Below, in pieces: positions 44,945 through 54,845 of a stretch of DNA of 64,000 nucleotides. The translations under genes were made by a program, and so were the position numbers. The notes beneath the pieces were generated by a model. The model was not told where the DNA came from and made no database searches. It saw only the letters and a program-made list of their open reading frames with translations. How positions within the stretch are numbered: the first letter of the stretch is position 1; each line of letters begins with the position of its first letter. The DNA comes from a virus, in IMG/VR virus record IMGVR_UViG_3300036790_000060, positions 1-64,000 of that record. One strand, given 5' to 3'.

Positions 44945-46380
44945 GTGGAACTGTAAACGTAACCCTTACGGCGGCGGGACGGGTCAACACCCCGCCAGCC
45001 ACGCTGAACGCCACGCTCATCGCCAACGCGGTGTCGCTATCGCCGGGCCTGACCGCGACGCTGCCGGGATCGCTGATCGAAGACATCAGCAGCACAGACA
45101 CCGGCGCGCTGATCGTGATCGATCAAGCGGTGACCGAGACGCTGGCATCGATATCGCCCTATACCGCGAACCCATACATCCTTACCCAGCTCGGCCAGAT
45201 ATACCTTGGCCAAGGTTCGACCGCGACACCAGCCACGAACACGTCGGTCTACTGCGTGTTCACCGGTTCCGGCGTGGACGGCTTCGTGGTTGCGCCCGGC
45301 TTCACCGTGTCGGACGGGTCAAACCAATACGTCACGACGATCGGCGGCATCGTCGAGTCGGGCGGTTCGACCGGCCTGATACAGTTCTACGCCATCAGTT
45401 CCGCGTCGTTCGCCGTCCCGGCTAACTCCGTCACGACGATCGTAACCTCATTGCCCGTGGGGATCGGCCTGACGGTCACCAACCCGTCCTCAGGGACGCC
45501 GGGCGGGGCGGCGCAGACGGAAGGCGCCTACAGGGCTCAGGTGCTTACTGCGGGCCTGGTAGGAGCTACCGGGATGCCGAACTACCTGACGACGCTGCTA
45601 TTGGCGATCCCAGGCGTCCAGTCGAACCTGATCAACATCAGGCAGCAGCCGGGACCGACGTGGGAGATCATCGTCGGCGGGACGGGCGACCAATACGCGA
45701 TCGGGCTGGCGATCTTCGAAGCGCTGTTCGATATCAACACGCTGACCGGGTCCAGCCTACTCGTCACTGGGATCACGAACGCGAACCCAGGCGTTGTGAC
45801 GACGGACCTGAACCACGGCTACGCTACCGGGCAGACGGCGCAGATCAACGGCGCGGTCGGCATCACCGGGATCAACGGGACGAACTTCACCGCTACCGTG
45901 ATCAGCCCGACGAGCTTCAGCATCGGGATCGACACGACGTCGTCCGGCGCGTGGACCTCCGGCGGGATCGTCACGCCGAACTTCCGGAACGCGACGGTCA
46001 CGATCAACCAGTATCCGAACTCATACACGATCCCCTACGTCCTGCCGCCGGTCCAGGTCGTCTCGCTGGAAGTGACGTGGAATACGTCAGACCTGAACTT
46101 CGTGTCGCAGTCCGGTGTCGCGCTGCTCGTCCAGCCAGCGATGGCCGCGTACATCAATGGCCTTCCGGTCGGCGCCCCGATCAACGAATTGGAGATGGAC
46201 TCGGTGTTCCAGACGGCGGTCATCTCGCTGATCCCGACGAACCTCCTGACCCGGCTCGTCTACACCGTGACGATCGATGGCGTCGTGACGGCGCCTGGAA
46301 CGGGCGAGGCTACCATCTTCGGCGATCCGGAAAGCTACTTCTCGATCGCCGCCGCTTCCATCATCGTTCAGCAAGGATGA
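44941..46380 (+). CDS. Baseplate J-like protein with inserted beta domain
   Basis: LPGSLIEDI, VTNP...PG...T...YR and IPGV motifs. Confidence 0.85.
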   Translation: MSGTVNVTLTAAGRVNTPPATLNATLIANAVSLSPGLTATLPGSLIEDISSTDTGALIVIDQAVTETLASISPYTANPYILTQLGQIYLGQGSTATPATNTSVYCVFTGSGVDGFVVAPGFTVSDGSNQYVTTIGGIVESGGSTGLIQFYAISSASFAVPANSVTTIVTSLPVGIGLTVTNPSSGTPGGAAQTEGAYRAQVLTAGLVGATGMPNYLTTLLLAIPGVQSNLINIRQQPGPTWEIIVGGTGDQYAIGLAIFEALFDINTLTGSSLLVTGITNANPGVVTTDLNHGYATGQTAQINGAVGITGINGTNFTATVISPTSFSIGIDTTSSGAWTSGGIVTPNFRNATVTINQYPNSYTIPYVLPPVQVVSLEVTWNTSDLNFVSQSGVALLVQPAMAAYINGLPVGAPINELEMDSVFQTAVISLIPTNLLTRLVYTVTIDGVVTAPGTGEATIFGDPESYFSIAAASIIVQQG

Positions 46381-46384
46381 GATC

Positions 46385-46642
46385 ATGGCCTCCGCGTCGC
46401 CCTCACCAGTCGCCCCAACTGTTCCAGTTCACGGCATACAGATCGTCGTCGGGACCGTTTATAGCCCGCCGTTCACCAGAGTTTATGTAGGGCCGGTCCA
46501 ATCAGCTTTCACGATCTTGATGGCTGAGGATACCGTGGCTCTAGCTTTGGGCGCGGTTCCGGCCGGGACGACGCTTGATCTTTGCATTCAGGAAGTCACC
46601 GCCGCCACTACCATCACTGGCTGCTTCGGCTTCTGGGGATAA
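46385..46642 (+). CDS. Small hypothetical virion protein
   Basis: ORF filling the gap; AGGA RBS. Confidence 0.55.
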   Translation: MASASPSPVAPTVPVHGIQIVVGTVYSPPFTRVYVGPVQSAFTILMAEDTVALALGAVPAGTTLDLCIQEVTAATTITGCFGFWG

Positions 46643-46645
46643 TCA

Positions 46646-47593
46646 GTGTCAGGTTTCGTCTTCCCGCCGGGCGCGCCGACATGCCTTCAAGGCATCATAC
46701 CGGCATACGTGTATCAGCAGTACAGCGACGACGCGAACATCCAGGCGTTCAACTCATCGTATAATGCCTACGCTCAGGTGTACCTGAACTGGTTCAACAC
46801 CATCGAGCTACCGATATACACGGGCCTGTCGGGATCGCTTCTCGACTGGGTGGCGAACGGCGTCTACGGGATATACCGGCCGTCGCTGCCCTACGGCATC
46901 GTTCAGGCGGTCGGGCCGCTCGCGACGTGGGAACCCGGAACCTACCTACTGGCGTCCTATACGACGACGGGCCAGGTCCAGGACTTCACGACGACCGATG
47001 ATATCTTCAAGCGTATCATCACCTGGTACTTCTTCAAAGGTGACGGCCAGAACTTCTCGGTCACGTGGCTCAAGCGCCGCATCATGCGGTTCCTGATCGG
47101 CATCAACGGCGTCGCGCCGAACATCGATAATACGTATCCGATCAGCGTCGCGTTCGGCGTGTCTAACAGCGTATCGATCCAGATCACGCTGACGACTGAT
47201 TACCCGATCACCCTGGCGACGGCGCAGGTGTTCCAGGCGGCGGTCGCGTCGGGTGCGGTATCGCTCCCGTTCCAGTTCACCTTCTCGGTATCGATCGTCA
47301 ACCAGCTGTCGTCCACCGGGCTGTTCGACGCGGGCGGCATCCTTCAGGTCACGGACGCATCCGGATGGCCTACCGTCGGGACCGGCGCGGCTGGGACCGT
47401 GTGGGACGCTGGCGGCGCCGTCTACGTTATACCCGGCCACACGCCTGACCCAACGGCGCCACCCGTGTTCTACAACCAGATCACGGCCGCCCAGCTCCTC
47501 GCCCTCGGTGGTGGAAACCTGCCGGCGACCGATCCGAGGAACCTCCTTCAACTTTGGAATAATACGGGGATCGTATGCGTATCTCTTGGGTAA
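46646..47593 (+). CDS. Baseplate wedge protein (DUF2612-like)
   Basis: GSLLDWVA.GVYG..R and TDDIFKR motifs; follows baseplate J. Confidence 0.78.
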   Translation: MSGFVFPPGAPTCLQGIIPAYVYQQYSDDANIQAFNSSYNAYAQVYLNWFNTIELPIYTGLSGSLLDWVANGVYGIYRPSLPYGIVQAVGPLATWEPGTYLLASYTTTGQVQDFTTTDDIFKRIITWYFFKGDGQNFSVTWLKRRIMRFLIGINGVAPNIDNTYPISVAFGVSNSVSIQITLTTDYPITLATAQVFQAAVASGAVSLPFQFTFSVSIVNQLSSTGLFDAGGILQVTDASGWPTVGTGAAGTVWDAGGAVYVIPGHTPDPTAPPVFYNQITAAQLLALGGGNLPATDPRNLLQLWNNTGIVCVSLG

Positions 47594-49503
47594 TCGCTAT
47601 TTTTATCATCGGGCTCACGGCGTTCGCCGGAAAGGCGGAGGCGCAGTGCGCGCTGACGAACCTGACGGCCTGCCCGTCGCCGCCGCTAAACGCGGTCACA
47701 GCGGAGTCCATGACGCTGGCTACGCCCTTGGCGATATCAAGCGGGGGGACCGGCGCGACGACGAGCGGAGCCGCCCTGACCGCCCTTGGAGCGATCGGAT
47801 CAGCGTCCCCAAATTTCACTGGAACTCCGACCGCGCCCACGGCCGCATCGTGCACGAGCACGACGCAGCTCGCGACGACCGCCTACGTCCTGGGGAACGG
47901 CTGCCTCGTCACGCCGAACCTATCGGGCCTCGAAGCGATATCGACGGCGACCGTATCCACCGTCTACCGAGGCGGCTACGCGACCGTGGGCGACGGCGGA
48001 CAGGAATGGTATTACGCATCGGGCGGCGCATGCACGCTTCATTCCGGCGCGGGCGACAATGGTTCGCAGGTCCCATCCGCGAACGGCAAGTGCTGGATCG
48101 CCGCCTTCCCGGCCACGGGTGCTGACATCCGTGCGTTCGGCGCGGCCGTCGCGACAACCAATAATTCCGTCGCGATCCAGAACTGGGCGAACTACGCCTG
48201 CACCGGGAAGCTGATCGCGCCGCAAGGCGTGTTCAAATTCACGGCCGCGCCGATCGTCTTCCCGGCTTGCAACGGCGGCTCCGTCCAGGGCTCCGGTATG
48301 TACGGGACCACGTTCATGTACTCCGGCGCCTCGACGACGCCAGACCTGTTCGACTTCGGCGCGGCGTCGAACACCGGATCGCAGGTGCTGGGCTGGACGG
48401 TCGATGGCATCAACGTCGACAGCCAGACGCAGATGACGGCCGGGACCGCGATCCACCTGATCTTCCTCGTCGCGTCTACGTTCAATAACGTGAACGCTGC
48501 CGGGCAATACGGGAACGGCGGGACGTCGCCGCATACCTGGAACGGCGTCTGGTGCGATTATTGCTTCGATGTCTATTATAACAACTTCGAGGCGTCGGGC
48601 GCCAACGACGGCGTTCGCGCGTCGGGCACCGTGTCCGCGACCGGCGCCGGGTTTTATCCGTCGAACTGCAAGATCAGCGGTTCGGCGATCGGCTGGCACC
48701 AGGGCGGCAACTATGGCGCGATGAACCCGACGAACTGCGATATCATCGCGAACGTCGTGAACGTCGAGGTGGACCATTCGATCGTCGCGGCCGGGAACTC
48801 GACGAGCATCTTCGACAGCGCCACGGACGTCGACACGCCGATAAGTGGGAGTAACATCATCCTGAACGACAGTTCGTTCCAGTCCGGGCAGATGATGGTC
48901 TTCAACGGGACGTGGTCCTGTTCCGCCCTGACCGGCGCCTACGGTCTCTGGGTCGAGAACATGAACGGGCAGAAGGTCATCGCGAACTTCGGCGCGATAT
49001 GCAATAACCAAGGCGGCGGCATCCGGATCGATGACGCGAGTGCCAACGTCTCGGATAATAATGGGCCGGGCATCTATGAGAACGGCGGCTACGGCATCGA
49101 CGCGACGGTGGTCAATAATCACGTCTATGTGAACGGCACGCCGATCGGGAATTCGACCGGGCCGTGGACGGCCGACGCGATCCTTGGGACGGTCGGTGGA
49201 TGCACGACGACGGCGTGCTATACGAAGGACTTCTCTGGAACGATAACCCAGTATTTCCAGGCGAACTTCACTGGCGCCGCAAGCACGGCATTGCTTAATA
49301 CGCCGTCCTATCCCATCACGTTCCCCAACGCAGTCATTTCCGGAACCTTGGCATGCGTGCCTTACGGCATCAATAACACAAACGCTCTCATGGGGACCGG
49401 CGCAGCCATCGCGCCGGGACTGTCCAGTGCCGAGATATTCCTCGTCAGCTCGGTTACTGTGACGAACTCCCAGCCCGTCATCTGCCAGATCAAGGGGAAC
49501 TAA
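47575..49503 (+). CDS. Tailspike-like beta-helix protein with N-terminal signal peptide
   Basis: SPNFTGTPTAPT, GYATVGDGG, DIRAFGA....NSVAIQ and LIAPQGVF (pectate-lyase-3-like start); C-terminal ITFPNA motif. Confidence 0.7.
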   Translation: MRISWVIAIFIIGLTAFAGKAEAQCALTNLTACPSPPLNAVTAESMTLATPLAISSGGTGATTSGAALTALGAIGSASPNFTGTPTAPTAASCTSTTQLATTAYVLGNGCLVTPNLSGLEAISTATVSTVYRGGYATVGDGGQEWYYASGGACTLHSGAGDNGSQVPSANGKCWIAAFPATGADIRAFGAAVATTNNSVAIQNWANYACTGKLIAPQGVFKFTAAPIVFPACNGGSVQGSGMYGTTFMYSGASTTPDLFDFGAASNTGSQVLGWTVDGINVDSQTQMTAGTAIHLIFLVASTFNNVNAAGQYGNGGTSPHTWNGVWCDYCFDVYYNNFEASGANDGVRASGTVSATGAGFYPSNCKISGSAIGWHQGGNYGAMNPTNCDIIANVVNVEVDHSIVAAGNSTSIFDSATDVDTPISGSNIILNDSSFQSGQMMVFNGTWSCSALTGAYGLWVENMNGQKVIANFGAICNNQGGGIRIDDASANVSDNNGPGIYENGGYGIDATVVNNHVYVNGTPIGNSTGPWTADAILGTVGGCTTTACYTKDFSGTITQYFQANFTGAASTALLNTPSYPITFPNAVISGTLACVPYGINNTNALMGTGAAIAPGLSSAEIFLVSSVTVTNSQPVICQIKGN

Positions 49504-49504
49504 C

Positions 49505-50407
49505 ATGCCCAAGCTTCTGAAAGCTTGGCTGACATCGATCATCCTGGTGTCTAGCCTGCTCGTCATGAAGCAGGCGGTCATCCAGTTCATCCCGAAAGCC
49601 TATGCCCAGACCGCGTGCACAGTCACGTCGGTATCGGCCCTTCAAACCTACTTCTCCGACAGCGCGGCGGCGGGATCGATCGTTCCGGCTTACATCCGGG
49701 ATATCATCTGTTCCGCCGTCAACTTCAGCCTGACGCCTACCGGGACCGGATACACGGACTCGATCGGCAACTTCTTCGCTGATCTGTTCACCGGCGCGCC
49801 GAATACCCTGCCGCTTTACGCCAGCACGCTCAACGTTAGTACGGCGCTGGCTGGGGCGGGTTTCACCAACTGGGCATCGTCCCCGCCCCCGATCGGCAAC
49901 ACCGCGCCGAACACCGGTGCGTTCACGACGCTGGCAGCAACGACCGGATCGATGACCAAGCTTACGCTCAGCGGCGACGACGCGATGACGTACATCAACA
50001 CGTCAGGTCAGTCGATCCCGAATTCGACCAACACGACGATCACCGGATGGACGCTGGTGACCGATCGCCTAGGCGTTAACTTCAACGCCACGACCGGGAT
50101 ATTCACGGCACCGGCTGCCGGGGCTTACGTCATCGCCGCGAACGTTCTGTTCAACGCGGCGGTGCCAGGTGCCGTGACGGACGTCGTCAACCTTTTGGTC
50201 GTGGCGAACGGGACGAACGTTTGCACTGTCAGTCACGGCACTGACGGCATTACCAACACGGTCTACGGCGCCGAGATGCCGGCGTGCTTATTCACGCTGC
50301 TGGCGGGACAGACGGCGCAGATCGAAGTCGCTCATAACTTCGGCTCGGCCGAAACGCTCAGCACGACGTCGCCGTTCATCCACTTTTCACTCTGGCAGGT
50401 GCCCTGA
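49505..50407 (+). CDS. C1q-like domain fibre protein with N-terminal hydrophobic signal
   Basis: FNATTGIFTAPAAGAYVI motif; PPPIGNTAPNTGAFTTL motif. Confidence 0.7.
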   Translation: MPKLLKAWLTSIILVSSLLVMKQAVIQFIPKAYAQTACTVTSVSALQTYFSDSAAAGSIVPAYIRDIICSAVNFSLTPTGTGYTDSIGNFFADLFTGAPNTLPLYASTLNVSTALAGAGFTNWASSPPPIGNTAPNTGAFTTLAATTGSMTKLTLSGDDAMTYINTSGQSIPNSTNTTITGWTLVTDRLGVNFNATTGIFTAPAAGAYVIAANVLFNAAVPGAVTDVVNLLVVANGTNVCTVSHGTDGITNTVYGAEMPACLFTLLAGQTAQIEVAHNFGSAETLSTTSPFIHFSLWQVP

Positions 50408-51375
50408 TGTCTAGCGTCGTATGGGCTAATTTCGCGGCGACGACTCTAGCCGCATCGATCACATCCACGCAGACGTCGATCACGGTGGTGAACGGATCAC
50501 TGTTCCCGTCGCCGAGCGGCGGTCAGTTCTTCGCTCTGGTCCTATCCAGCGCCACCCTGGCGAACACCAACGAGATCACCTACTGCACCGCGCGCAGCAC
50601 CAACACGCTGACGATCGTCCGCGCCCAGGAGGGGACGTCCGGCCTGGCGTTTAACGCGGGCGATAACGCGGCGAACCTCGTGACCGCCGGGACGCTAACC
50701 CAGGGGCGGCTCCTGAACGTCCAGGTGTTTAATTCGTCGGCGACCTATACCCCGACGCCGGGTATGCTGAGCGCGATCGTGGAAGGCGTAGGCGGCGGTG
50801 CCGGATGCGGCGGGTGCGGCGCGACGTCGTCATCTCAGAACGCGGTCGTGGGCGGCGGCGGCGCCGGGTCTTATGGCAAGTCGTTGTTCTCGTCCTCGAC
50901 GATCGGGGCGAGCCAGGTCATCACCATCGGCGCCGGTGGTTCGGCGGGCGCAGCTGGGAACAACGCTGGCGGGAACGGTGGAACCACGACGTTCGGCGGC
51001 CTGATGTCGATGTCCGGCGGGTTTGGTTCGACCGGCGGCCCCGCTACCGCGCTGTCCCTCGTCTCGTTCGCGCTGGCGGGCGGGTCGGGCGGCGCGACCG
51101 TATCGGGCGCCTCGATCCTATCGGCGATCGGCGGCAGCGGCGCGACGGGCATCTTCACGAGTTCGGCCGTCATCATCGGCGGCGTCGGTGGCGCAAGTCT
51201 TTTCGGATCGACCACGGCCGCTACGGTGACGTCAACGAACGCCGTCAGCAATGCTGCGGTGGCAGGTGGTAGCGCTGGAGCTGGAGCATCCGGCGGATCG
51301 AACAACACGTCTTGCTCCGCGATACCCGGCGCGATCGGCGCGGCTGGTAAGATCATCGTCTACGAGTACGGTTGA
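50407..51375 (+). CDS. Glycine-rich tail fibre protein
   Basis: EITYCTAR...LTIVRAQEGT and TYTPTPG...VEGVGGG motifs; ends GKIIVYEY. Confidence 0.78.
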   Translation: MSSVVWANFAATTLAASITSTQTSITVVNGSLFPSPSGGQFFALVLSSATLANTNEITYCTARSTNTLTIVRAQEGTSGLAFNAGDNAANLVTAGTLTQGRLLNVQVFNSSATYTPTPGMLSAIVEGVGGGAGCGGCGATSSSQNAVVGGGGAGSYGKSLFSSSTIGASQVITIGAGGSAGAAGNNAGGNGGTTTFGGLMSMSGGFGSTGGPATALSLVSFALAGGSGGATVSGASILSAIGGSGATGIFTSSAVIIGGVGGASLFGSTTAATVTSTNAVSNAAVAGGSAGAGASGGSNNTSCSAIPGAIGAAGKIIVYEYG

Positions 51376-51394
51376 TATCAAAGGAGTTACCTAA

Positions 51395-51985
51395 GTGAAC
51401 CTCGCACAAGTTACCGGCGGCGTCGGTCTGAACTTCGTCGCTCTCTTGCACAACGCTTCCACGATGACGTGGTATTCCGGCACGCAACCCGCGACGCCTG
51501 AGACCGTGTTGTCGGGCAACACGTCGCTGGCCGTGTGGACGATGTCTACCCCGGCGTTCGGCACGCCGTCATACGGCTCGTCGAAGATGACCGCGACCGC
51601 GTCGTTCACGTCGGCGACCGTCACGCCCGGCGCGAGCGGCACCGTCACGTTCGCCCGCGTCACAATGCCGTCCGTCGCCTGGACTGCTTCGCACGCGTAC
51701 ACGTTCGGCACGATCGTCACGAACTCGTCGAACTTCTACCTCTGCACCGGCGCGGGAACGTCAGCCGCGTCCGGTGGTCCGACCACGACCGCGCAGGGTA
51801 TCAGTGACGGCACGACCGATCCAGTGACCTGGTGCTATATCGGTTCGACCTCGGGTCAGGGTAACGTCGTGGCTGACTATACGGTCGGCACGTCCGGCAC
51901 CGACATCATCGTCGGTTCGACCGCCCTGTCCACCGGCGTCCCGGTCGACATCACCAGCTTCACGCTTTCGATCCCGGTCGTCTAA
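51395..51985 (+). CDS. Virion structural protein with CBM5/12-like insert
   Basis: AAGGAG RBS; YSGTQPATP and WTASHAYTFG..V....YLC motifs. Confidence 0.65.
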   Translation: MNLAQVTGGVGLNFVALLHNASTMTWYSGTQPATPETVLSGNTSLAVWTMSTPAFGTPSYGSSKMTATASFTSATVTPGASGTVTFARVTMPSVAWTASHAYTFGTIVTNSSNFYLCTGAGTSAASGGPTTTAQGISDGTTDPVTWCYIGSTSGQGNVVADYTVGTSGTDIIVGSTALSTGVPVDITSFTLSIPVV

Positions 51986-52026
51986 CTCTAGAGACTTCCC
52001 GAAGTCGGCAACGAGGTTTTCATAGG

Positions 52027-52431
52027 ATGAGCAGTTCTTCAGTTATCCCGCCGAACACCTCGGATACCACGTTCTTGGCCGACAGCGTCGCGGTTGCCAC
52101 GATCGTCCCGGCTGACATACGGCAGGTCAATGACTCGCTTGCGTCGTTGCCCTTCAGCAGTCAGTCCGGGACAACTTACACGTTCGCGGCGGCGGACTTC
52201 GGGACGGTCGTTAGGTTCACCAGCAGTTCGGCGGTCACGGTCACGATCCCGTCCGGTGTGTTCACCGCTGGGAATGTCGTCTACGGGCGGGCGGAAGGAA
52301 CCGGCGCGCTTACGATCGTCGCCGGTAGCGGCATGACCCTGAACGTTCCGAGCACGCTGGCATTGACACCTGTCCAGTGGGCGACCTGGGCGATACACTT
52401 CACGTCAACTTCCGTATCGGTGTTAATGTAA
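52027..52431 (+). CDS. Tail fibre-associated protein
   Basis: QSGTTYT...D.G......SAVTVTIP motif. Confidence 0.65.
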   Translation: MSSSSVIPPNTSDTTFLADSVAVATIVPADIRQVNDSLASLPFSSQSGTTYTFAAADFGTVVRFTSSSAVTVTIPSGVFTAGNVVYGRAEGTGALTIVAGSGMTLNVPSTLALTPVQWATWAIHFTSTSVSVLM

Positions 52432-53084
52432 TGCTACCGATTGTCATGAACCGTGGCATGCGAAGCTACACCACGAAGTTCCCGGCGACTGAGAACCCCA
52501 TCTCCGAGAACGGCATCTGGGTAAACGGTGCCGTCACCGGGGTGGAATGGTATAATATGCGGACGACGCCGAACCTCGCGTATGGGACGATGCCTGGGAA
52601 CGGCACCGGCAGCGCCCAATACGCTGATGCGACGGCCGTGCTCGGCGGCACCTGGGGCGCGAACCAGGACGCATCCGCTACGATCGCCGTGACGTCCGCA
52701 TCCAGCACCTCTGGCGTTTACGAAGAACTGGAGATACGTCTCCGCACGACGATCACGGCCAACTCGATCACGGGCTACGAGATCAACACGTCGATCGCTA
52801 CCGGGCAGAACAGCTACATCGAGATCGTGCGGTGGAACGGCGCGCTCGGTAGCTTCACGATCCTCGGTGAATGGGACGGCGTCGGTTCGTCCGTCAACGG
52901 CGACGTGATGCGCGCGACCGCCGTGGGATCGCTGATTAGCGTGTACCGGAACGGCACCCTGATCGGGACCGCCACCGACACGACGTATCCGACAGGTTCG
53001 CCTGGCATCGGCGCGTTCTTGCAAGGGGCGACCGGCGTGAACGCGAACTACGGTCTATCCGCATTCTCGGTGACGGCATGGTAG
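52431..53084 (+). CDS. Beta-sandwich (lectin-like) hypothetical protein
   Basis: ATG 52431 coupled to the upstream stop; ISVYRNG...TATDTTY.TGSPGIG. Confidence 0.6.
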   Translation: MLPIVMNRGMRSYTTKFPATENPISENGIWVNGAVTGVEWYNMRTTPNLAYGTMPGNGTGSAQYADATAVLGGTWGANQDASATIAVTSASSTSGVYEELEIRLRTTITANSITGYEINTSIATGQNSYIEIVRWNGALGSFTILGEWDGVGSSVNGDVMRATAVGSLISVYRNGTLIGTATDTTYPTGSPGIGAFLQGATGVNANYGLSAFSVTAW

Positions 53085-54310
53085 GCATCATACTCTCCAG
53101 GCAGGACGCGATCGATCAGCGATACGTCGCGCCGTATCGACGTGCGAAGTTCTTCGTTCCGAACGTCCTGCCGCATTGGCGCGTGCTTCGCCGGTTGCGG
53201 TTCCAAGGCGAGCCGCGCTGGCGCTGCCCGATCTACACCATCGTGTACGAGATAACGCCGCTCGGTCAGCCGGGCGACGTGTTGACGTGCTGGGAAGGAA
53301 ACGCCTTCGAGTGCCCGACGTCGTGGTGGTGGGACGACGCGGTGCCATGGTGCTGGTTCACCACGGACTTCCTGACGACACCGACCGGATCGACACAGAC
53401 TTGGACGTTCGACGTGACGTGGAATAACGCCAATAACAGCATCGGCGTCATCGGCGCGGGCGGCGGCGGTGCCGATGGCGTTAACGACTCCGATGGCGCG
53501 GGCGGCGGCGGTTACAGCGGGAAGACGAACCTGACGCTGACTACGAACGCGACGTGGGAAACCGGGACCGGCGGCGCCGGGTCAACCGCCGGGACGGCAG
53601 GCGGTAGCACGTGGTTCAATGGCGCGACGATCGGCGCCTCTAGCTGCGGCGCGACAGGCGGTGCTGGCGGGTCCGGCTCCGGTACGAACGCGGCGGGCGG
53701 GACGGTCAGCGTCGGGACCGGGTCCGCCGGTGGCGCCGGTGGTAATGGTGCGAACCAGCCGGGTGGTGGAGGCGGTGCGGGTGGCCCTGCCGGCGTCGGC
53801 GGTGCGGGCGGCACGGCTGCGGTGGCGTCCTACTACGGCGCCGGTGGCGGAGGCGGTGGCGGTGGTTCGGCCGGTGGCGTCGCGGCGGCGGGATCAGCAG
53901 GCGCCGGTGGGAACAACCATCTAAGCGCCGGAGGCGGCGCCGCTGGCGTTACGACCGGCAGCGCTGGAACGGCGGGGACCGCAGGCGGTGGCGGCGGCGC
54001 AGGTTCATCCCAGTCTTCGACGGTCCACACGACGCCTTACGCTGGTGGCGCCGGTGGACCGGGCACGGACTATAGTGCGTCGTTCGGTTCCGGCGGTGGC
54101 GGCGGCGCGGCGAGCGCGAATACCGTTGCGCAATCCACCACGGCGATCGGCGGCGTCGGCGGCGCGTTCGGTGGCGGCGGCGGTTCCTCCGGATGGGCGA
54201 CGAGCGCCGGTGCGGGTGGCGCCGGGCTGATCGTCTTGACCTGGACGCCGTCCGGCACCGGGTGGGTGCCTTACAACAGGCCACCACCCATCCAGATATG
54301 GGACCATTGA
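53078..54310 (+). CDS. Glycine-rich tail fibre-like protein
   Basis: IGAGGGG, GGSTWF and GLIVLTW motifs; long Gly-rich tract. Confidence 0.72.
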   Translation: MVGIILSRQDAIDQRYVAPYRRAKFFVPNVLPHWRVLRRLRFQGEPRWRCPIYTIVYEITPLGQPGDVLTCWEGNAFECPTSWWWDDAVPWCWFTTDFLTTPTGSTQTWTFDVTWNNANNSIGVIGAGGGGADGVNDSDGAGGGGYSGKTNLTLTTNATWETGTGGAGSTAGTAGGSTWFNGATIGASSCGATGGAGGSGSGTNAAGGTVSVGTGSAGGAGGNGANQPGGGGGAGGPAGVGGAGGTAAVASYYGAGGGGGGGGSAGGVAAAGSAGAGGNNHLSAGGGAAGVTTGSAGTAGTAGGGGGAGSSQSSTVHTTPYAGGAGGPGTDYSASFGSGGGGGAASANTVAQSTTAIGGVGGAFGGGGGSSGWATSAGAGGAGLIVLTWTPSGTGWVPYNRPPPIQIWDH

Positions 54311-54322
54311 AAAGGATACATC

Positions 54323-54820
54323 ATGCAAGACCAGCTAGGCGTATGGACGATCCGGGCACCTGCCATGTCGATCACGGCAGGAACCGGCAAGACCGTTATC
54401 CAATACGTAGCATCATCGACCAATACCGCAGAGGTGCTTTACTGGAGCGCGTCTCAAAGTGGCAGTACAACGTCCGCTATGGACGCTTTCGGTCTGATCG
54501 TTCCCAGTGCTGCTGCAACGATGGCGGCGGCCGGAGTATCAACGCCGGGTACAACTGCGACCGTCATCGATATGGCCGGTGGCGCGAGCACGTTGCGTGC
54601 TTCGTTATCAACGACGACGATCGGCATCGGGCCGACGACGCTATCGACTATCAACGGTGTTCCGAAGAAGTTCAACTTCAATACCTTGGCCGGTTATGAA
54701 TGGAATGCCCAGCCGAACACTCGGTTATGGGTGCCGGTGTCGGGTATCATCCAGCTCATCTGCTATGGCATATCGACCGCGACGTGGGACTGCGAACTGG
54801 TTATCCGCGAGTCCAAGTAA
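54323..54820 (+). CDS. Hypothetical virion protein
   Basis: AAGGA RBS; beta-rich composition. Confidence 0.62.
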   Translation: MQDQLGVWTIRAPAMSITAGTGKTVIQYVASSTNTAEVLYWSASQSGSTTSAMDAFGLIVPSAAATMAAAGVSTPGTTATVIDMAGGASTLRASLSTTTIGIGPTTLSTINGVPKKFNFNTLAGYEWNAQPNTRLWVPVSGIIQLICYGISTATWDCELVIRESK

Positions 54821-54845
54821 TCCCGTAGTCCGGGAGGACTGACCC

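Noticed and set aside
28398-49590. Long antisense ORFs (e.g. 28398-29687, 30165-31613, 42004-42927, 47920-49590)
   Set aside because: These are shadow frames of high-GC3 sense genes: Arg/Gly/Asp-rich, with no motifs and no RBS.
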